A stretch of 63,331 nt of DNA, the filler included, from Guillardia theta CCMP2712 (Eukaryota > Protista > Cryptophyta): the NCBI RefSeq assembly GCF_000315625.1. It is 3 parts of 3 records of this genome, joined end to end, with 100 filler letters (N's around TTAATTAATTAA, not from the genome) between each part and the next. Parts side by side here need not be neighbours in the genome. Positions count along the whole stretch, not along the records: positions 38,897 to 63,331 come from NW_005434651.1; 2 more parts are not named here. The stretch is one strand, 5' to 3'. The translations under genes were made by a program, and so were the position numbers. This document shows positions 63,106 through 63,331 of this stretch, piece after piece. The notes below the pieces were generated by a model, which was not told the DNA's origin, did not search any database, and saw nothing but the letters and a program-made list of their open reading frames with translations. Positions within the stretch are counted from its first letter, which is position 1, and every line of letters starts with the position of its first letter.

Positions 63106-63331
63106 AGGAAACATGACCCTTTCTTACGCTCCGTCTTCTCCTGTCCTCCTTCTCCTGTCCTCTTTCTCCTGTCTTCCTCCTCCTCTCCTCCTCCTCCTCT
63201 CCTTCACTTTATCGTCTCCGTCTCTCCCTCTTTATAAGGCTTGCCTATTCTTTTTGTCTTTTATGACCAAGCGAACCTTACGCACCTCTCGCATCATGTC
63301 TTTTGTTAGTCCTCCTCCTCCTCCTCCTCCT

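Overview
Eukaryotic nuclear DNA, gene-dense, with many short (~40-60 nt) GT-AG/GC-AG introns carrying CTGAC-type branch points, long microsatellite and polypurine tracts, and scaffold gaps. Several genes carry bipartite (signal peptide + transit peptide) presequences, so the host is inferred to be an alga with a complex red plastid, most likely a cryptophyte (Guillardia/Hanusia-like). The supplied ORF track is mostly low-complexity noise, so genes were spliced by eye and exon borders are approximate. Recognisable genes: a polycystin/PKD2 channel, a NIPP1-like FHA protein, a plastid-targeted SUI1/YciH, an Fyv7/TAP26-like protein, an hnRNP-Q acidic-domain protein, a GT25 glycosyltransferase, a PPR protein, a PH protein, a Ubc7/UBE2G-type E2, a UbiA prenyltransferase, a glutathionyl-hydroquinone reductase, a PDZ protein, a double Zn2Cys6 transcription factor and Cdc14. 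Mobile and repeated DNA includes a Tourist-like MITE, a scrambled cluster of CRE-type (restriction-like endonuclease) non-LTR retrotransposon 3' ends, and minisatellites. Two candidates for novelty stand out. (1) A TPR-less O-GlcNAc transferase (GT41) is fused directly to a chromo-barrel/Tudor-knot domain and three PHD fingers, giving a self-targeting chromatin reader-glycosyl-writer. (2) An intron-rich host gene ends in a DIRS-retrotransposon-type RNase H with all four acidic catalytic residues and apparently begins with a plastid-targeting presequence.
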